Below are positions 29,025 to 39,154 of a DNA stretch of 64,000 bases, piece by piece (position 1 is the stretch's first letter; every line of letters begins with the position of its first letter). The notes under the pieces are model-generated. The model was not told the origin of the DNA. It saw nothing but the letters and a program-made list of their open reading frames with translations, and ran no database searches. A program made the translations under genes and the position numbers. The stretch comes from Bacteroidales bacterium (GTDB lineage Bacteria; Bacteroidota; Bacteroidia; Bacteroidales; UBA932), in the NCBI GenBank assembly GCA_017620335.1, contig JAFZQO010000043.1, forward strand, positions 13,653 through 77,652, given 5' to 3'.

Positions 29025-30905
29025 CTATTCGTAGCTGAACGCCATGTAGGAATGGGGCTTGATGGTGACGGGGGCCTTCACGGAAGGGGTGCCCATGCGG
29101 GCGAAGAAGGCTCCGAAAGGATTGGCCTGGGCCGCGAACTCGATCACTTCCCCTGTCTTGAGATCGGTGAGCTTCTTCATGCCCTCGCCGCCGACGAGCT
29201 TGATGTCCACGGGCTCGTCGTTGAAGTTCTCGACGATGACGGTCTTGTTGTCATAGAGGAAGATGCTGACCTTGGACGGGCCTTCGATGTACAGGTCGAG
29301 GTCCTTGCTCATGTAGCGGCGCAGCTCGTTCAGCACACCCTCGGGAAGGTCGTAGAGGTTGCCGAAGTCTTCGGGGATGGCGATGACGTAGAGGTTGCCC
29401 TGTGAGTAGAGCGCCCTGTGGAGGAAAGGATAGCCGGAAACGCCACCGGTGAGGGGACGGCCCGCGCTGATGATCTCCCAGCTGTCGTTGGTCAGGTAGT
29501 TGATCTCGGGGATGATGATGTCCTTCTCACTCTTGCCGTAGCGGCCGAAGTCGTTGACGATGGCCTTGTGGAAGTCGGTGCGGAGCTCGCAGATCTCGGC
29601 TACCTTCTCGGGGGCGGCCTCGAGCAAGCCGGTGGTGATGAACACGTCGCCGCCCGCCATGAGCTGCTTCTGCATCTTGGCCACCAGGTCAGGGTCGGTC
29701 GCGGCCTGACGGGTCAGGAGGACCACCTTCCTGCCCTCGGGGAACTTCGAGAGCATGTCCATGGGGAGGCCGATCATTCCGAGGTAGTTCTGCAGGAACT
29801 CCTCGCCGGTGGCATGGAACACCTTGTAGGACTGTATGCCGAGGGGCTCGCCGAGCTTGCCGCAAAGTTCGTCCGCGTCACGCAGGACGACGTCGGCGAT
29901 GCGGGCCATTGTAGTAGGGGTCACCTCCTCCTTGCCCTTCTTGAAGGGGGCGGTCATCTCATCGTAGTTCCAGCTGGTGCCGGTGCCCTGCCAGGGACCG
30001 CGGTACATGGGGTTGAGCCTGACGCCCGTGAGCTGGCTGTAGTCGAACAGCATCACGTCGCGTCCCTTGGCGATGGCGGTGAGGAAGAGCTGCTCGGCGT
30101 AGCGGTCCATGCTCATGGAGATGCCGCCGGAGTCAACCCAGCCGCCTCCGTTGCGTCCTCCGGAGATATTCTCGAAGTAACGCATAATGTTGTAACTCAG
30201 ATAGTTCTGGAGATGCTGCGCACCCGAAGGGTCGCGGGTCTCAGTGCCCGTCCAGACTCCGTCGAAAATCTGGGGACCGAACTCGAGATTGAATCCGAGG
30301 CCCTGGAAATCGTCATACCAGTTGGGGTACTTGATGATGACCTTCACCTTGGGGTTGACGGCCTTGGCGGGACCGACGACGAGGTTGCGGCCGGCTTCAT
30401 TCATGAGCTCGAGTCTGTACTGGGTCCAGCTCTTGTCGCCCTTGGCCTTGATCTCGACATCCTTCTTGCTGCTCGTGAAGAAGAAGTCGTCGAGCAGGAA
30501 CTCGTCGAAATGCCTTGCGGTGTGCTCCGCTATCTTCTTGACCATCGCCCTGTCCTCGGGATCGGAATAGCTGAAGGTCTCGAAGTTGTTGGCCTCGTTG
30601 ATGGTGTAGGTGATGCCGCCGGCGACCTCGATGCCCTGTTTCTCGAAGAATGTCTTCGCCTTCTCGAGCGTGGCGTCGTCGACGATGAGCAGGTCGCGGT
30701 GGGTCTCAAGGTAGATCTTGTCCACGTCGAGCTGGTCGGAAATGGTCTTCCAGGTCGACTCGAGCCATTCGGTGTCCTTCATCTTGTCCACCTCGTATGC
30801 GCGGACATACACCGATACCTTGAAGTTCTTGTGCTTGGCGACGGCCGGGACGGCTAACGTCACGGCAAGCGCCAGCATAATGATTACGCTGTAAAATCTC
30901 TTCAT
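29025..30905 (-). CDS. Secreted 626-aa protein of unknown family (possibly a TIM-barrel glycoside-hydrolase-like fold)
   Basis: Signal peptide (LAVPAVAKH). 9 nt upstream of, and co-oriented with, the GH5 gene. No catalytic motif recognised. A functional guess rests only on context and on alternating beta/alpha character in the N-terminal half. Confidence 0.4.
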   Translation of the reverse strand: MKRFYSVIIMLALAVTLAVPAVAKHKNFKVSVYVRAYEVDKMKDTEWLESTWKTISDQLDVDKIYLETHRDLLIVDDATLEKAKTFFEKQGIEVAGGITYTINEANNFETFSYSDPEDRAMVKKIAEHTARHFDEFLLDDFFFTSSKKDVEIKAKGDKSWTQYRLELMNEAGRNLVVGPAKAVNPKVKVIIKYPNWYDDFQGLGFNLEFGPQIFDGVWTGTETRDPSGAQHLQNYLSYNIMRYFENISGGRNGGGWVDSGGISMSMDRYAEQLFLTAIAKGRDVMLFDYSQLTGVRLNPMYRGPWQGTGTSWNYDEMTAPFKKGKEEVTPTTMARIADVVLRDADELCGKLGEPLGIQSYKVFHATGEEFLQNYLGMIGLPMDMLSKFPEGRKVVLLTRQAATDPDLVAKMQKQLMAGGDVFITTGLLEAAPEKVAEICELRTDFHKAIVNDFGRYGKSEKDIIIPEINYLTNDSWEIISAGRPLTGGVSGYPFLHRALYSQGNLYVIAIPEDFGNLYDLPEGVLNELRRYMSKDLDLYIEGPSKVSIFLYDNKTVIVENFNDEPVDIKLVGGEGMKKLTDLKTGEVIEFAAQANPFGAFFARMGTPSVKAPVTIKPHSYMAFSYE

Positions 30906-30943
30906 TATAGTGGTTATTAGGTGATTGAAAGGTTAAAGCCTGT

Positions 30944-31192
30944 TTACTCGACAATCGGCTTGTCTGGGAGCTCGGTCTTGTCGATCTTCTTCTGCAGGTC
31001 ATCGATGGGCTTGGCCTTGGGGATCGAAGTGGCGACGACGGGCTGGGTATCAGATGCCGTGGCTGACTCCGATTCCGTCAGAGGAGTCGGAGGCGCAGCC
31101 ATCTTGGGGGCCACTGCGGATGCTTCTTCTTCTGCGTTTGCAACGGGCGGTCTGGGAATGATCACGACCTTGGAGGGGTTGTTCTTTTTCAT
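30944..31192 (-). CDS. Small (82 aa) Pro/Ala/Glu-rich, probably disordered protein
   Basis: ATG at 31192 and open to 30944. No signal peptide or TM segment. Low-complexity composition, so coding status is uncertain. Confidence 0.35.
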   Translation of the reverse strand: MKKNNPSKVVIIPRPPVANAEEEASAVAPKMAAPPTPLTESESATASDTQPVVATSIPKAKPIDDLQKKIDKTELPDKPIVE

Positions 31193-31214
31193 GGTTGTTG
31201 AAATTGAAGGATTG

Positions 31215-31886
31215 TTATAATAATCTAAGCTTTCTTACAGGCAGCGGTTTGCAGGCGAGGAACCTGTCGATGCCGTCGATGGCGTCCTGGATATCCGTGA
31301 CGTCCGCGATGATCGACGGATCGGGCTGGTTGGTTATCCAGCTGACCGCATACAGCCCCGCTCCCGTCCTGATGAACTTTGGGATGTCGGCCGTGCCGCC
31401 GGGGGAGAGGGTGGAACGCTCATTGATGAAGGGGTCGAACCGGGTATTGCGGGCCTCCGTCCGCCGGTTATGGTTAGAGGCGATCCATGTACAAGTGTCA
31501 TAGGCGCGGATGATCTGCATCAGGAGTTTGTCGTCGCCTATCATCTGGGGGACGGAGGATGCCTTCAGCAGATCCGAGGCGTTGCTGCTCATCGTGAAAG
31601 GCATATCCGCACGGATCATGCTACTGTGGAAAGTCACCGAATCGGCCGGGCACTTGTCCAGCCTGGTACGGTGTTCGAGCAGATATTCCGCGGACTTGCG
31701 CTCCTGTACAAGATAGTCGTGTATCTGCGTGATGTGTTCGGCGTTGGTGACGAGTTCCGTACGGACCATCTCCAGGGCATAGCGTATGTCCTTGCGGTCC
31801 GCCGCCCTGTCCGCCATGCCGTGGATGAGGAAAGAGATGATCACGGCAAGGAACTTCACCAGACATTTCAGCCCGAACTTGCTCAT
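31215..31886 (-). CDS. N-terminally membrane-anchored protein of unknown family, paralog B
   Basis: ATG at 31886 (MSKFGLKCLVKFLAVIISFLIHG...) overlaps the stop of the upstream paralog in an ATGA. Shares RKSA(E/Q)Y(L/F)L...LDKCP(A/V)DS..FHS...IIRAYD(T/S)C...GLY..(S/R)WI.NQ with 31883..32575. Confidence 0.6.
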   Translation of the reverse strand: MSKFGLKCLVKFLAVIISFLIHGMADRAADRKDIRYALEMVRTELVTNAEHITQIHDYLVQERKSAEYLLEHRTRLDKCPADSVTFHSSMIRADMPFTMSSNASDLLKASSVPQMIGDDKLLMQIIRAYDTCTWIASNHNRRTEARNTRFDPFINERSTLSPGGTADIPKFIRTGAGLYAVSWITNQPDPSIIADVTDIQDAIDGIDRFLACKPLPVRKLRLL

Positions 31887-32575
31887 TTGTTCTTCTTGTT
31901 CTTGTAGTGGCGGACGGGGAGAAGATACTCGTCTATGGCCTTTATGGCTTTCTCGATGTCGTTGACGAACAGTTCCGTATCCGGGGCGACCTGGTTTTTG
32001 ATCCACCTGATGGTATATAGGCCGTAAGAGTTCTTCATGAACTTCTTCATGTCTATGTTCCCCGTGGAAGCGAACTGCAGGACGGTTTTTTCGTTGATCG
32101 TATCGTTGAACTTGTCGTCGCGGTCGCTGATATACTTGTTGTAGAGTGAGACGCTGTACTCACAGCTGTCGTATGCGCGGATAATGTCCATGGACAGCTG
32201 GTTGTTGCCCAGTTTCTGGAAAATCGCGGACATCTTGAGCAGCTCGAGCGCATCGTGGCTGAGGGTAATGGAGGCGTCGGCGAACAACAGGCCGGAGTGA
32301 AAGTAGATGGAGTCGACGGGGCACTTGTCAAGGTTGGCCCTGTTATCAAGGAAATACTGTGCCGATTTGCGTTCATCAACGAGATAATCGGCCATTGTCT
32401 TGATGTCCTCCAGGTTGGCAGCCAACTCGGTCTTGACCAGTTCGAGCGACGACCGGACATCCTCCCGGTCCGCTTTGCGGTCGATCATGCCCTGCCCGAT
32501 GAAAGTGCAGACCATGCCGAGGAAGATGGACCAGAAGCTTATGTTGAAATTCAAGAAAAACTCTTTCGGACTCAT
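31883..32575 (-). CDS. N-terminally membrane-anchored protein of unknown family, paralog A
   Basis: 230 aa with one N-terminal hydrophobic helix (ISFWSIFLGMVCTFIGQG), then a helical domain collinear with paralog B. Hand-sampled GC is ~47-50%, versus ~58% in paralog B. Confidence 0.6.
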   Translation of the reverse strand: MSPKEFFLNFNISFWSIFLGMVCTFIGQGMIDRKADREDVRSSLELVKTELAANLEDIKTMADYLVDERKSAQYFLDNRANLDKCPVDSIYFHSGLLFADASITLSHDALELLKMSAIFQKLGNNQLSMDIIRAYDSCEYSVSLYNKYISDRDDKFNDTINEKTVLQFASTGNIDMKKFMKNSYGLYTIRWIKNQVAPDTELFVNDIEKAIKAIDEYLLPVRHYKNKKNK

Positions 32576-32597
32576 GTGGGGATAGGTTATTGTCCTT

Positions 32598-32605
32598 CAA
32601 AGATA
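32598..32605 (-). promoter_or_regulatory. -7 promoter box for the paralog pair, embedded in an imperfect palindrome
   Basis: CAAAGATA on + strand equals TATCTTTG on the - strand, 23 nt upstream of the ATG at 32575. The palindrome TTCAAAGATAA-CAA-TTATCTTGAA spans 32596-32619. Confidence 0.45.
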
Positions 32606-32640
32606 ACAATTATCTTGAAAAACGGCAATAGCCCTGCGCC

Positions 32641-34023
32641 CTACATCATTTTCTTTATGAGTCCGAAGAGAGAATACGGCATGTACCGGAATTTCAGGTC
32701 TATCCAGGTCGGGGTCTTGACGACCGCCCGCTCGTGCGTAAAGGCCAGGAAGGAGCGTTCGGAGTGGTAGCTGCCCATGCCGGAATTACCCACGCCGCCG
32801 AAGGGGAGATTGGGGTTGGCGATGTGCATGATGGTATCGTTGATGCACGCTCCCCCGGAGCTTGTGCGGGCGATCAGGTCCCATGCAGCCTTGGATTTCC
32901 CGAAGTAATAGAAGGCCAGTGGTTTCTCGCGCGAGGTGACGAAGTCCGCCACTTCGCTGCGTTCGCGGAAGGTCATGACCGGGAATATGGGGCCGAAGAT
33001 CTCCTCCTGCATTACAGGGGAGTCTGGTGAGACGCCGCCGAGCAGGGTCGGTTCGACCCAGCGTGAGGCGGCGTCGAAACGGCCTCCGCAGAGGACACGG
33101 CCGTCATTCAGGTAGGACGTAATCCTTTCGAAAGCCGCGTCCCTTACGATGTGGACGTATTTGTCGGAGTGTTCCGTGCCGTCAGGATAGAGAATATGGA
33201 GCTCTTTCTTGAAAGCTTCGACGAAGGCGTCCTTGATGTCCTCGTGGAGGAAAAGATAGTCCGGGGCAATGCAGGTCTGGCCGCTGTTGAGGCACTTGCC
33301 CCAGGCAATGCGGCGGGCGGCGACGGTCAGGTCGGCGTCCCTGTCCACAATGCACGGACTTTTGCCGCCGAGCTCGAGCACCATCGGAGTGAGGTACGGC
33401 GCCTGGGCCGCCGCCACTTTACGGGCGAGTTCCGGGCTTCCGGTGAAGAATACCAGGTCGAAGCGTGTGGCGAACAGCTTCGCATTGACCTCACGGTTGC
33501 CCTGCACTACGGCGACGTATTCCTCGGGGAAAGTGTCCTCGATGAAATCCCCAAGTACCTTGGAGACGGTCGGGACGTAGGGAGAAGGTTTCAGGATTGC
33601 GGTGCAGCCGGCTGCGACCGCTCCGACGAGAGGGTTCAGCAGCAGCTGCACCGGATAGTTCCATGGTGAGACGATGAGAGAGCAGCCGAGGGGTTCCCGG
33701 ACGATGAAGCCGGATGAGGGGAGACCGGTCAGGGGAGTCGGCCTGCGGCGCCTTCGCGCCCAGCGGTCGACGTGTCTGACCGCATCCGCTATCTCAGCGT
33801 ACACGAGGCCTATTTCCGTCATGTACGCTTCTTCGTAGCACTTGTGCAGGTCCGTCCGGAGGGCGTCGCAAAGGGGCTTCTCCCATTTGCGCAGCCCTTC
33901 CCCGAAGGCCCTGAGCTGTTGCTTACGCCATTTTACGTCGCGGGTTTTCCCGCTCGCGAAGAACTTCCTCTGAGCGGACACCAGCGTTTCTATCCTTTGT
34001 GAAGACGTGTTCGTGAGTGACAT
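32641..34023 (-). CDS. NAD(P)-dependent aldehyde dehydrogenase (ALDH3-like)
   Basis: 460 aa. SPWNYP, KPS, FTGS, ELGGKSP (catalytic Glu), GQTCIAPDY (catalytic Cys), EEIFGP: the complete ALDH motif set. Confidence 0.9.
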   Translation of the reverse strand: MSLTNTSSQRIETLVSAQRKFFASGKTRDVKWRKQQLRAFGEGLRKWEKPLCDALRTDLHKCYEEAYMTEIGLVYAEIADAVRHVDRWARRRRRPTPLTGLPSSGFIVREPLGCSLIVSPWNYPVQLLLNPLVGAVAAGCTAILKPSPYVPTVSKVLGDFIEDTFPEEYVAVVQGNREVNAKLFATRFDLVFFTGSPELARKVAAAQAPYLTPMVLELGGKSPCIVDRDADLTVAARRIAWGKCLNSGQTCIAPDYLFLHEDIKDAFVEAFKKELHILYPDGTEHSDKYVHIVRDAAFERITSYLNDGRVLCGGRFDAASRWVEPTLLGGVSPDSPVMQEEIFGPIFPVMTFRERSEVADFVTSREKPLAFYYFGKSKAAWDLIARTSSGGACINDTIMHIANPNLPFGGVGNSGMGSYHSERSFLAFTHERAVVKTPTWIDLKFRYMPYSLFGLIKKMM

Positions 34024-34828
34024 TTTCCTTTCTTCCTGTAAAATGGTTCATTACTGTATAGAGGCCGCAAACGTCACCGAAAATGAAGTCGAAGAGGCGC
34101 TGTGGGAATATGCCCTGCATCAGGCGGATGAAATGCTCCGAGAACGGTATGCCCTTGTAGGACTTGTTCCGCTCCATCGCATTGACGGCCTTGCGGGCGA
34201 CGACTTCCGGATCTTGGATCTTGAAGAAGGAATGGATGCCGTTGAACATGCCCGTGTTGATGAAGTACGGGGCGACCGTGGTGACATGTACGGGGCTCTT
34301 CTCCCTGCTGAGCTCGATGCGGAGCGACTCGGACCAGCCGATGGAGGCCCATTTCGACGAGGTGTAGAGAGCCATGCGGGGCAGGGCCAGCATGCCAGCC
34401 GAAGAAGTGATATTGCAGATATGGCCGCGGCCGCGGGCCTTCATGCCGCGGATGAATCGAAGCGTGACGAACATGGCGCCTTTCGTGTTGATGTCGATAG
34501 TGCGGATGATATCACGGTCGGTCTGCTCGGCAAAAGTGCGGTTGTTGGTGATGATGCCGGCGTTATTGATCAGGATGTCGATCTCGCCGCAGGCGGCCTT
34601 GGTCGCGGCACAGGCCGCATCTACCGATTCCGGGTCGGAGATGTCGGCCATGAAGCCGCGGACGATTCCTTTACCTGATAATTCTTTGACCGTAGCGGCT
34701 ATGGCCCGCTCGTTGATATCCCAGATTATGACCTGGCGCGCGCCTTTCTCAAGGCATATTCGGGCCATGATCTTTCCTATGCCGGAGCATCCTCCGGTAA
34801 TAAGGACGTTGTTTCCTTTAACTTGCAT
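33923..34828 (-). CDS. Short-chain dehydrogenase/reductase (SDR)
   Basis: ATG at 34828 gives MQVKGNNVLITGGCSGIGK (TGxxxGIG). NNAG, S...YTSSK (YxxxK) are present. The 3' end runs 101 nt into the ALDH gene. Confidence 0.8.
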   Translation of the reverse strand: MQVKGNNVLITGGCSGIGKIMARICLEKGARQVIIWDINERAIAATVKELSGKGIVRGFMADISDPESVDAACAATKAACGEIDILINNAGIITNNRTFAEQTDRDIIRTIDINTKGAMFVTLRFIRGMKARGRGHICNITSSAGMLALPRMALYTSSKWASIGWSESLRIELSREKSPVHVTTVAPYFINTGMFNGIHSFFKIQDPEVVARKAVNAMERNKSYKGIPFSEHFIRLMQGIFPQRLFDFIFGDVCGLYTVMNHFTGRKENVTHEHVFTKDRNAGVRSEEVLRERENPRRKMA

Positions 34829-34851
34829 GACGATAAAAAGATTAACGGGGG

Positions 34852-34859
34852 CAAAGGTA
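34852..34859 (-). promoter_or_regulatory. -7 promoter box for the SDR/ALDH pair
   Basis: CAAAGGTA on + strand equals TACCTTTG on the - strand, 24 nt upstream of the ATG at 34828. Confidence 0.45.
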
Positions 34860-34914
34860 AGCAAACACTCACCCCTTGCCCCCGGATTTCGCCACGCAGG
34901 CGGGGATTACGCCA

Positions 34915-36886
<1,972 letters not shown>

Positions 36887-36936
36887 GATTCACCACTAAC
36901 TCCGCGTAAAGGTAGGAAATTAATCCGACTTTTTCC

Positions 36937-36944
36937 TATATTTG
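36937..36944 (+). promoter_or_regulatory. -7 promoter box (TATATTTG)
   Basis: 19 nt upstream of the ATG at 36964. A near-consensus box for the divergent DUF554 gene (TACCTTTA on the - strand) lies at about 36908-36917. Confidence 0.5.
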
Positions 36945-36963
36945 CCCGACCATTGGATTCGAT

Positions 36964-38097
36964 ATGAAAAGTATTCTGCCTTTAGCCTTTCTTCTGGTTT
37001 CAATAGTGTTCCCGATGTCCGCCCAGGACTTCAAGGATTTCCGCATTCCCGAGCACATCGTCTCGCCCGAAACCGTCGGCGACACGGTGGTCCTGCGCAT
37101 GGCCGGAGAGTATGCCTCCGAGGTGCGCTTGGAGGGCAGCTGGTTCAGCGGAACCGCCCTGATGCAGAAGCATGAGGGCGTATGGGAGCTGAAGCTTCCC
37201 GGCCTGAAGGCGGATTTCTATACCTACCGGTTCATAGTGGACGGGGTGCCTTCCCTCGACCCTTCCAACCCGATGGTCGTCCGGCAGGGGACCAAATACC
37301 TCAGTTCCTTCATAGTCGAGGGTGCTCCCGGCCCGCGCTACTCCACGGCCTCGCGCAGGGGCGAAGTGTCCTTCGTGTGGTACGAGAGCCGTATCCTGGG
37401 CATGGAGCGCCGCATGGCCGTATATACCCCTTACGGTTACGACCGCGACAAGAAGAAGCAGTATCCGGTACTCTATCTTCTGCACGGGGAGGGGGACGAC
37501 GAGGAGGCCTGGCTCGGCATGGGAAGGGTGGCGCAGGTCCTGGACAATCTCATCCAGCAGGGCCGCGCGGTGCCCATGATAGCCGTCATGCCCAACTGCA
37601 ACCCAATGGAGCAGGCCTCGTTCACGCTCGGCCTGCCCGAGTCCCGTACTTCCCGCACCGGATCCTCCTCGGTGTTCATGAGTAGCTTCATCAACGAGAT
37701 CATACCTTACGTCGAGTCGCACTACCGGGCGGTTCCCAAGAAGGCCGCCAGGGCCGCATGCGGCATCGGGACCGGAGGCACGACGGTGATCAACGCCGCG
37801 GTTATGTACCCCACCCTATTCGACTTCGTCCTGCCCCTGAGCTGCGGAGTTGAGGACAACGGACATCTCGTGGATGATTTCCTGAGGGTGAAGAAGGCCG
37901 GGGTGAAACTGTTCTGGACCGGATGCGGCACCATGGACACGGTGGCCTATGGGCCATCCAGGACCCTGCACGACACCCTTTCCTACATACACCTGGACCA
38001 CACGTTCTTCATGATGACCGGGGGCCGCGACTGGACGGTGTGGAGGCATTTCCTCACCAACTTCGCCCCGATGATATTCAAATACTACACGGACTGA
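36964..38097 (+). CDS. Esterase-fold paralog of 34915..36054 lacking catalytic Ser and His (probable pseudo-enzyme/binding protein)
   Basis: Collinear with the other esterase (E-set domain, YPVLYLLHGEGDDE, PMIAVMPN). However GLSMGG is replaced by GIGTGG, and DGGHIW by TGGRDW. Confidence 0.75.
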   Translation: MKSILPLAFLLVSIVFPMSAQDFKDFRIPEHIVSPETVGDTVVLRMAGEYASEVRLEGSWFSGTALMQKHEGVWELKLPGLKADFYTYRFIVDGVPSLDPSNPMVVRQGTKYLSSFIVEGAPGPRYSTASRRGEVSFVWYESRILGMERRMAVYTPYGYDRDKKKQYPVLYLLHGEGDDEEAWLGMGRVAQVLDNLIQQGRAVPMIAVMPNCNPMEQASFTLGLPESRTSRTGSSSVFMSSFINEIIPYVESHYRAVPKKAARAACGIGTGGTTVINAAVMYPTLFDFVLPLSCGVEDNGHLVDDFLRVKKAGVKLFWTGCGTMDTVAYGPSRTLHDTLSYIHLDHTFFMMTGGRDWTVWRHFLTNFAPMIFKYYTD

Positions 38098-38137
38098 AAA
38101 TGAAAGGCCCCGCTGTCACAGCGGGGCCTTTCATTTT
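38097..38137. terminator. Bidirectional Rho-independent terminator
   Basis: AAAATGAAAGGCCCCGCTG-TCA-CAGCGGGGCCTTTCATTTT, a perfect 19-bp stem with A/T runs on both sides, between convergent genes. Confidence 0.9.
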
Positions 38138-38208
38138 CATAAACCAACTTATTAACCAAAACAGTCTTATTAACGATCGACTTAGCAAATTGCAAGACCT
38201 GTGCCAAA

Positions 38209-38613
38209 CTATTGAACCCTTTCAATTTTCAGCTGCTGGATCTTGCATTCCCCCTCCTTTACGCTAACAAAAATGGTGACGTTAAAGGTTTCTCCTCCGG
38301 CATTTAGCGTCCCGAGGGCGTACTTCATGTTCGGGCGCCCCGCTATGTGGCTGATGTCGAAGGACCTGGGGGTATAAGTTTCGAAAAAGGACTTCAGTAT
38401 CTGCTTGGCCTGGCTCTTGCTGGAGTTGCGGAGCGAGGAGATGACGGATATCTCGAGGTTGTCGGCGAACCATGCTGAAAGGTTGTCGGCATTGCCCTGG
38501 GCAAGGTATTTCGAGATGGGTACGAACATGTCGTTGCCGTCCGTCTGGGCCTTGAGGCAGAGGCTCGAAGTGAGGGCCAGTATACAGGCCGCTATTTTGA
38601 GAAATGCTTTCAT
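38209..38613 (-). CDS. DUF4783-family small secreted protein
   Basis: ATG at 38613 (MKAFLKIAACILALTSSLCLKAQ). ...SKSQAKQILKSFFETYTPRSF...YALGTL...NVTIFV...IQQLKIE matches my recollection of DUF4783. That family is commonly divergent from rlmH in Bacteroidota. Confidence 0.65.
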   Translation of the reverse strand: MKAFLKIAACILALTSSLCLKAQTDGNDMFVPISKYLAQGNADNLSAWFADNLEISVISSLRNSSKSQAKQILKSFFETYTPRSFDISHIAGRPNMKYALGTLNAGGETFNVTIFVSVKEGECKIQQLKIERVQ

Positions 38614-38652
38614 GTCAACCGGATTTTCATTGCAAATATTGAGCCACGTTGC

Positions 38653-38660
38653 TATCTTTG
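38653..38660 (+). promoter_or_regulatory. -7 promoter box (TATCTTTG) for rlmH
   Basis: 20 nt upstream of the ATG at 38681. Confidence 0.5.
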
Positions 38661-38680
38661 CATCAGTACTTTTCGAGCTC

Positions 38681-39154
38681 ATGAAGATTACACTCCTAAC
38701 CGTCGGGAAGACCGATGTGAAGTGGGTCAGGGACGGCCTGGAACTGTATGTGTCCAGGCTCGTCCATTACGTTCCGTTCCAGCTCAGGGAGATCCCGGAG
38801 CTGAAGAACGTGTCGGCCCTCGGCCGGGAGCAGGTCAAGGCCAGGGAAGGGGAGCTCGTCCTCAAGGCCCTGAAGCCGTCGGACGAGGTCGTGCTGCTCG
38901 ACGAAGGCGGCAGGGAGTTCCGTTCGCTGGAGTTCGCCTCATGGCTGGAGGAAAGGATATCCAGGGGCTCCAGGGACATCGTCTTCGTGGTTGGAGGAGC
39001 CTACGGATTTTCGCCGGAAGTCTATTCCAGGGCCGATTCGAAGCTGTCCCTCTCTAAGATGACCTTCTCCCACCAGATGGTTAGAACGATTTTTGCAGAG
39101 CAGTTGTACCGCGCGTTCACGATAATGAAGGGTGAGCCATATCATCATGAATAA
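38681..39154 (+). CDS. rlmH: 23S rRNA (pseudouridine1915-N3)-methyltransferase RlmH
   Basis: 157 aa. MKITLLTVGKT...Y..R...EIPE...LDE.G...S.EFA......G..DIVFVVGGAYGFS....RAD.KLSLSKMTFSHQM.R.I..EQLYRA..I..GEPYHH: the full SPOUT RlmH signature. Confidence 0.95.
   Translation: MKITLLTVGKTDVKWVRDGLELYVSRLVHYVPFQLREIPELKNVSALGREQVKAREGELVLKALKPSDEVVLLDEGGREFRSLEFASWLEERISRGSRDIVFVVGGAYGFSPEVYSRADSKLSLSKMTFSHQMVRTIFAEQLYRAFTIMKGEPYHHE

Noticed and set aside
24101-32640. A genomic island integrated at tRNA-Gly (BACON-LRR-M64 gene through the paralog pair).
   Set aside because: There is no integrase or recombinase, and I could find no direct repeat of the tRNA 3' end downstream. GC is heterogeneous: the GH5 and 626-aa genes have host-like GC. 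Only individual low-GC genes stand out, and those are reported separately.
34846-34882. The hairpin GGGGGCAAAGG...CCCTTGCCCCC after the esterase gene, considered as a terminator.
   Set aside because: The stem has an internal mismatch and a 15-nt loop, and no directly adjacent T run on the - strand. It also contains the predicted -7 box of the SDR gene, so its role is ambiguous.
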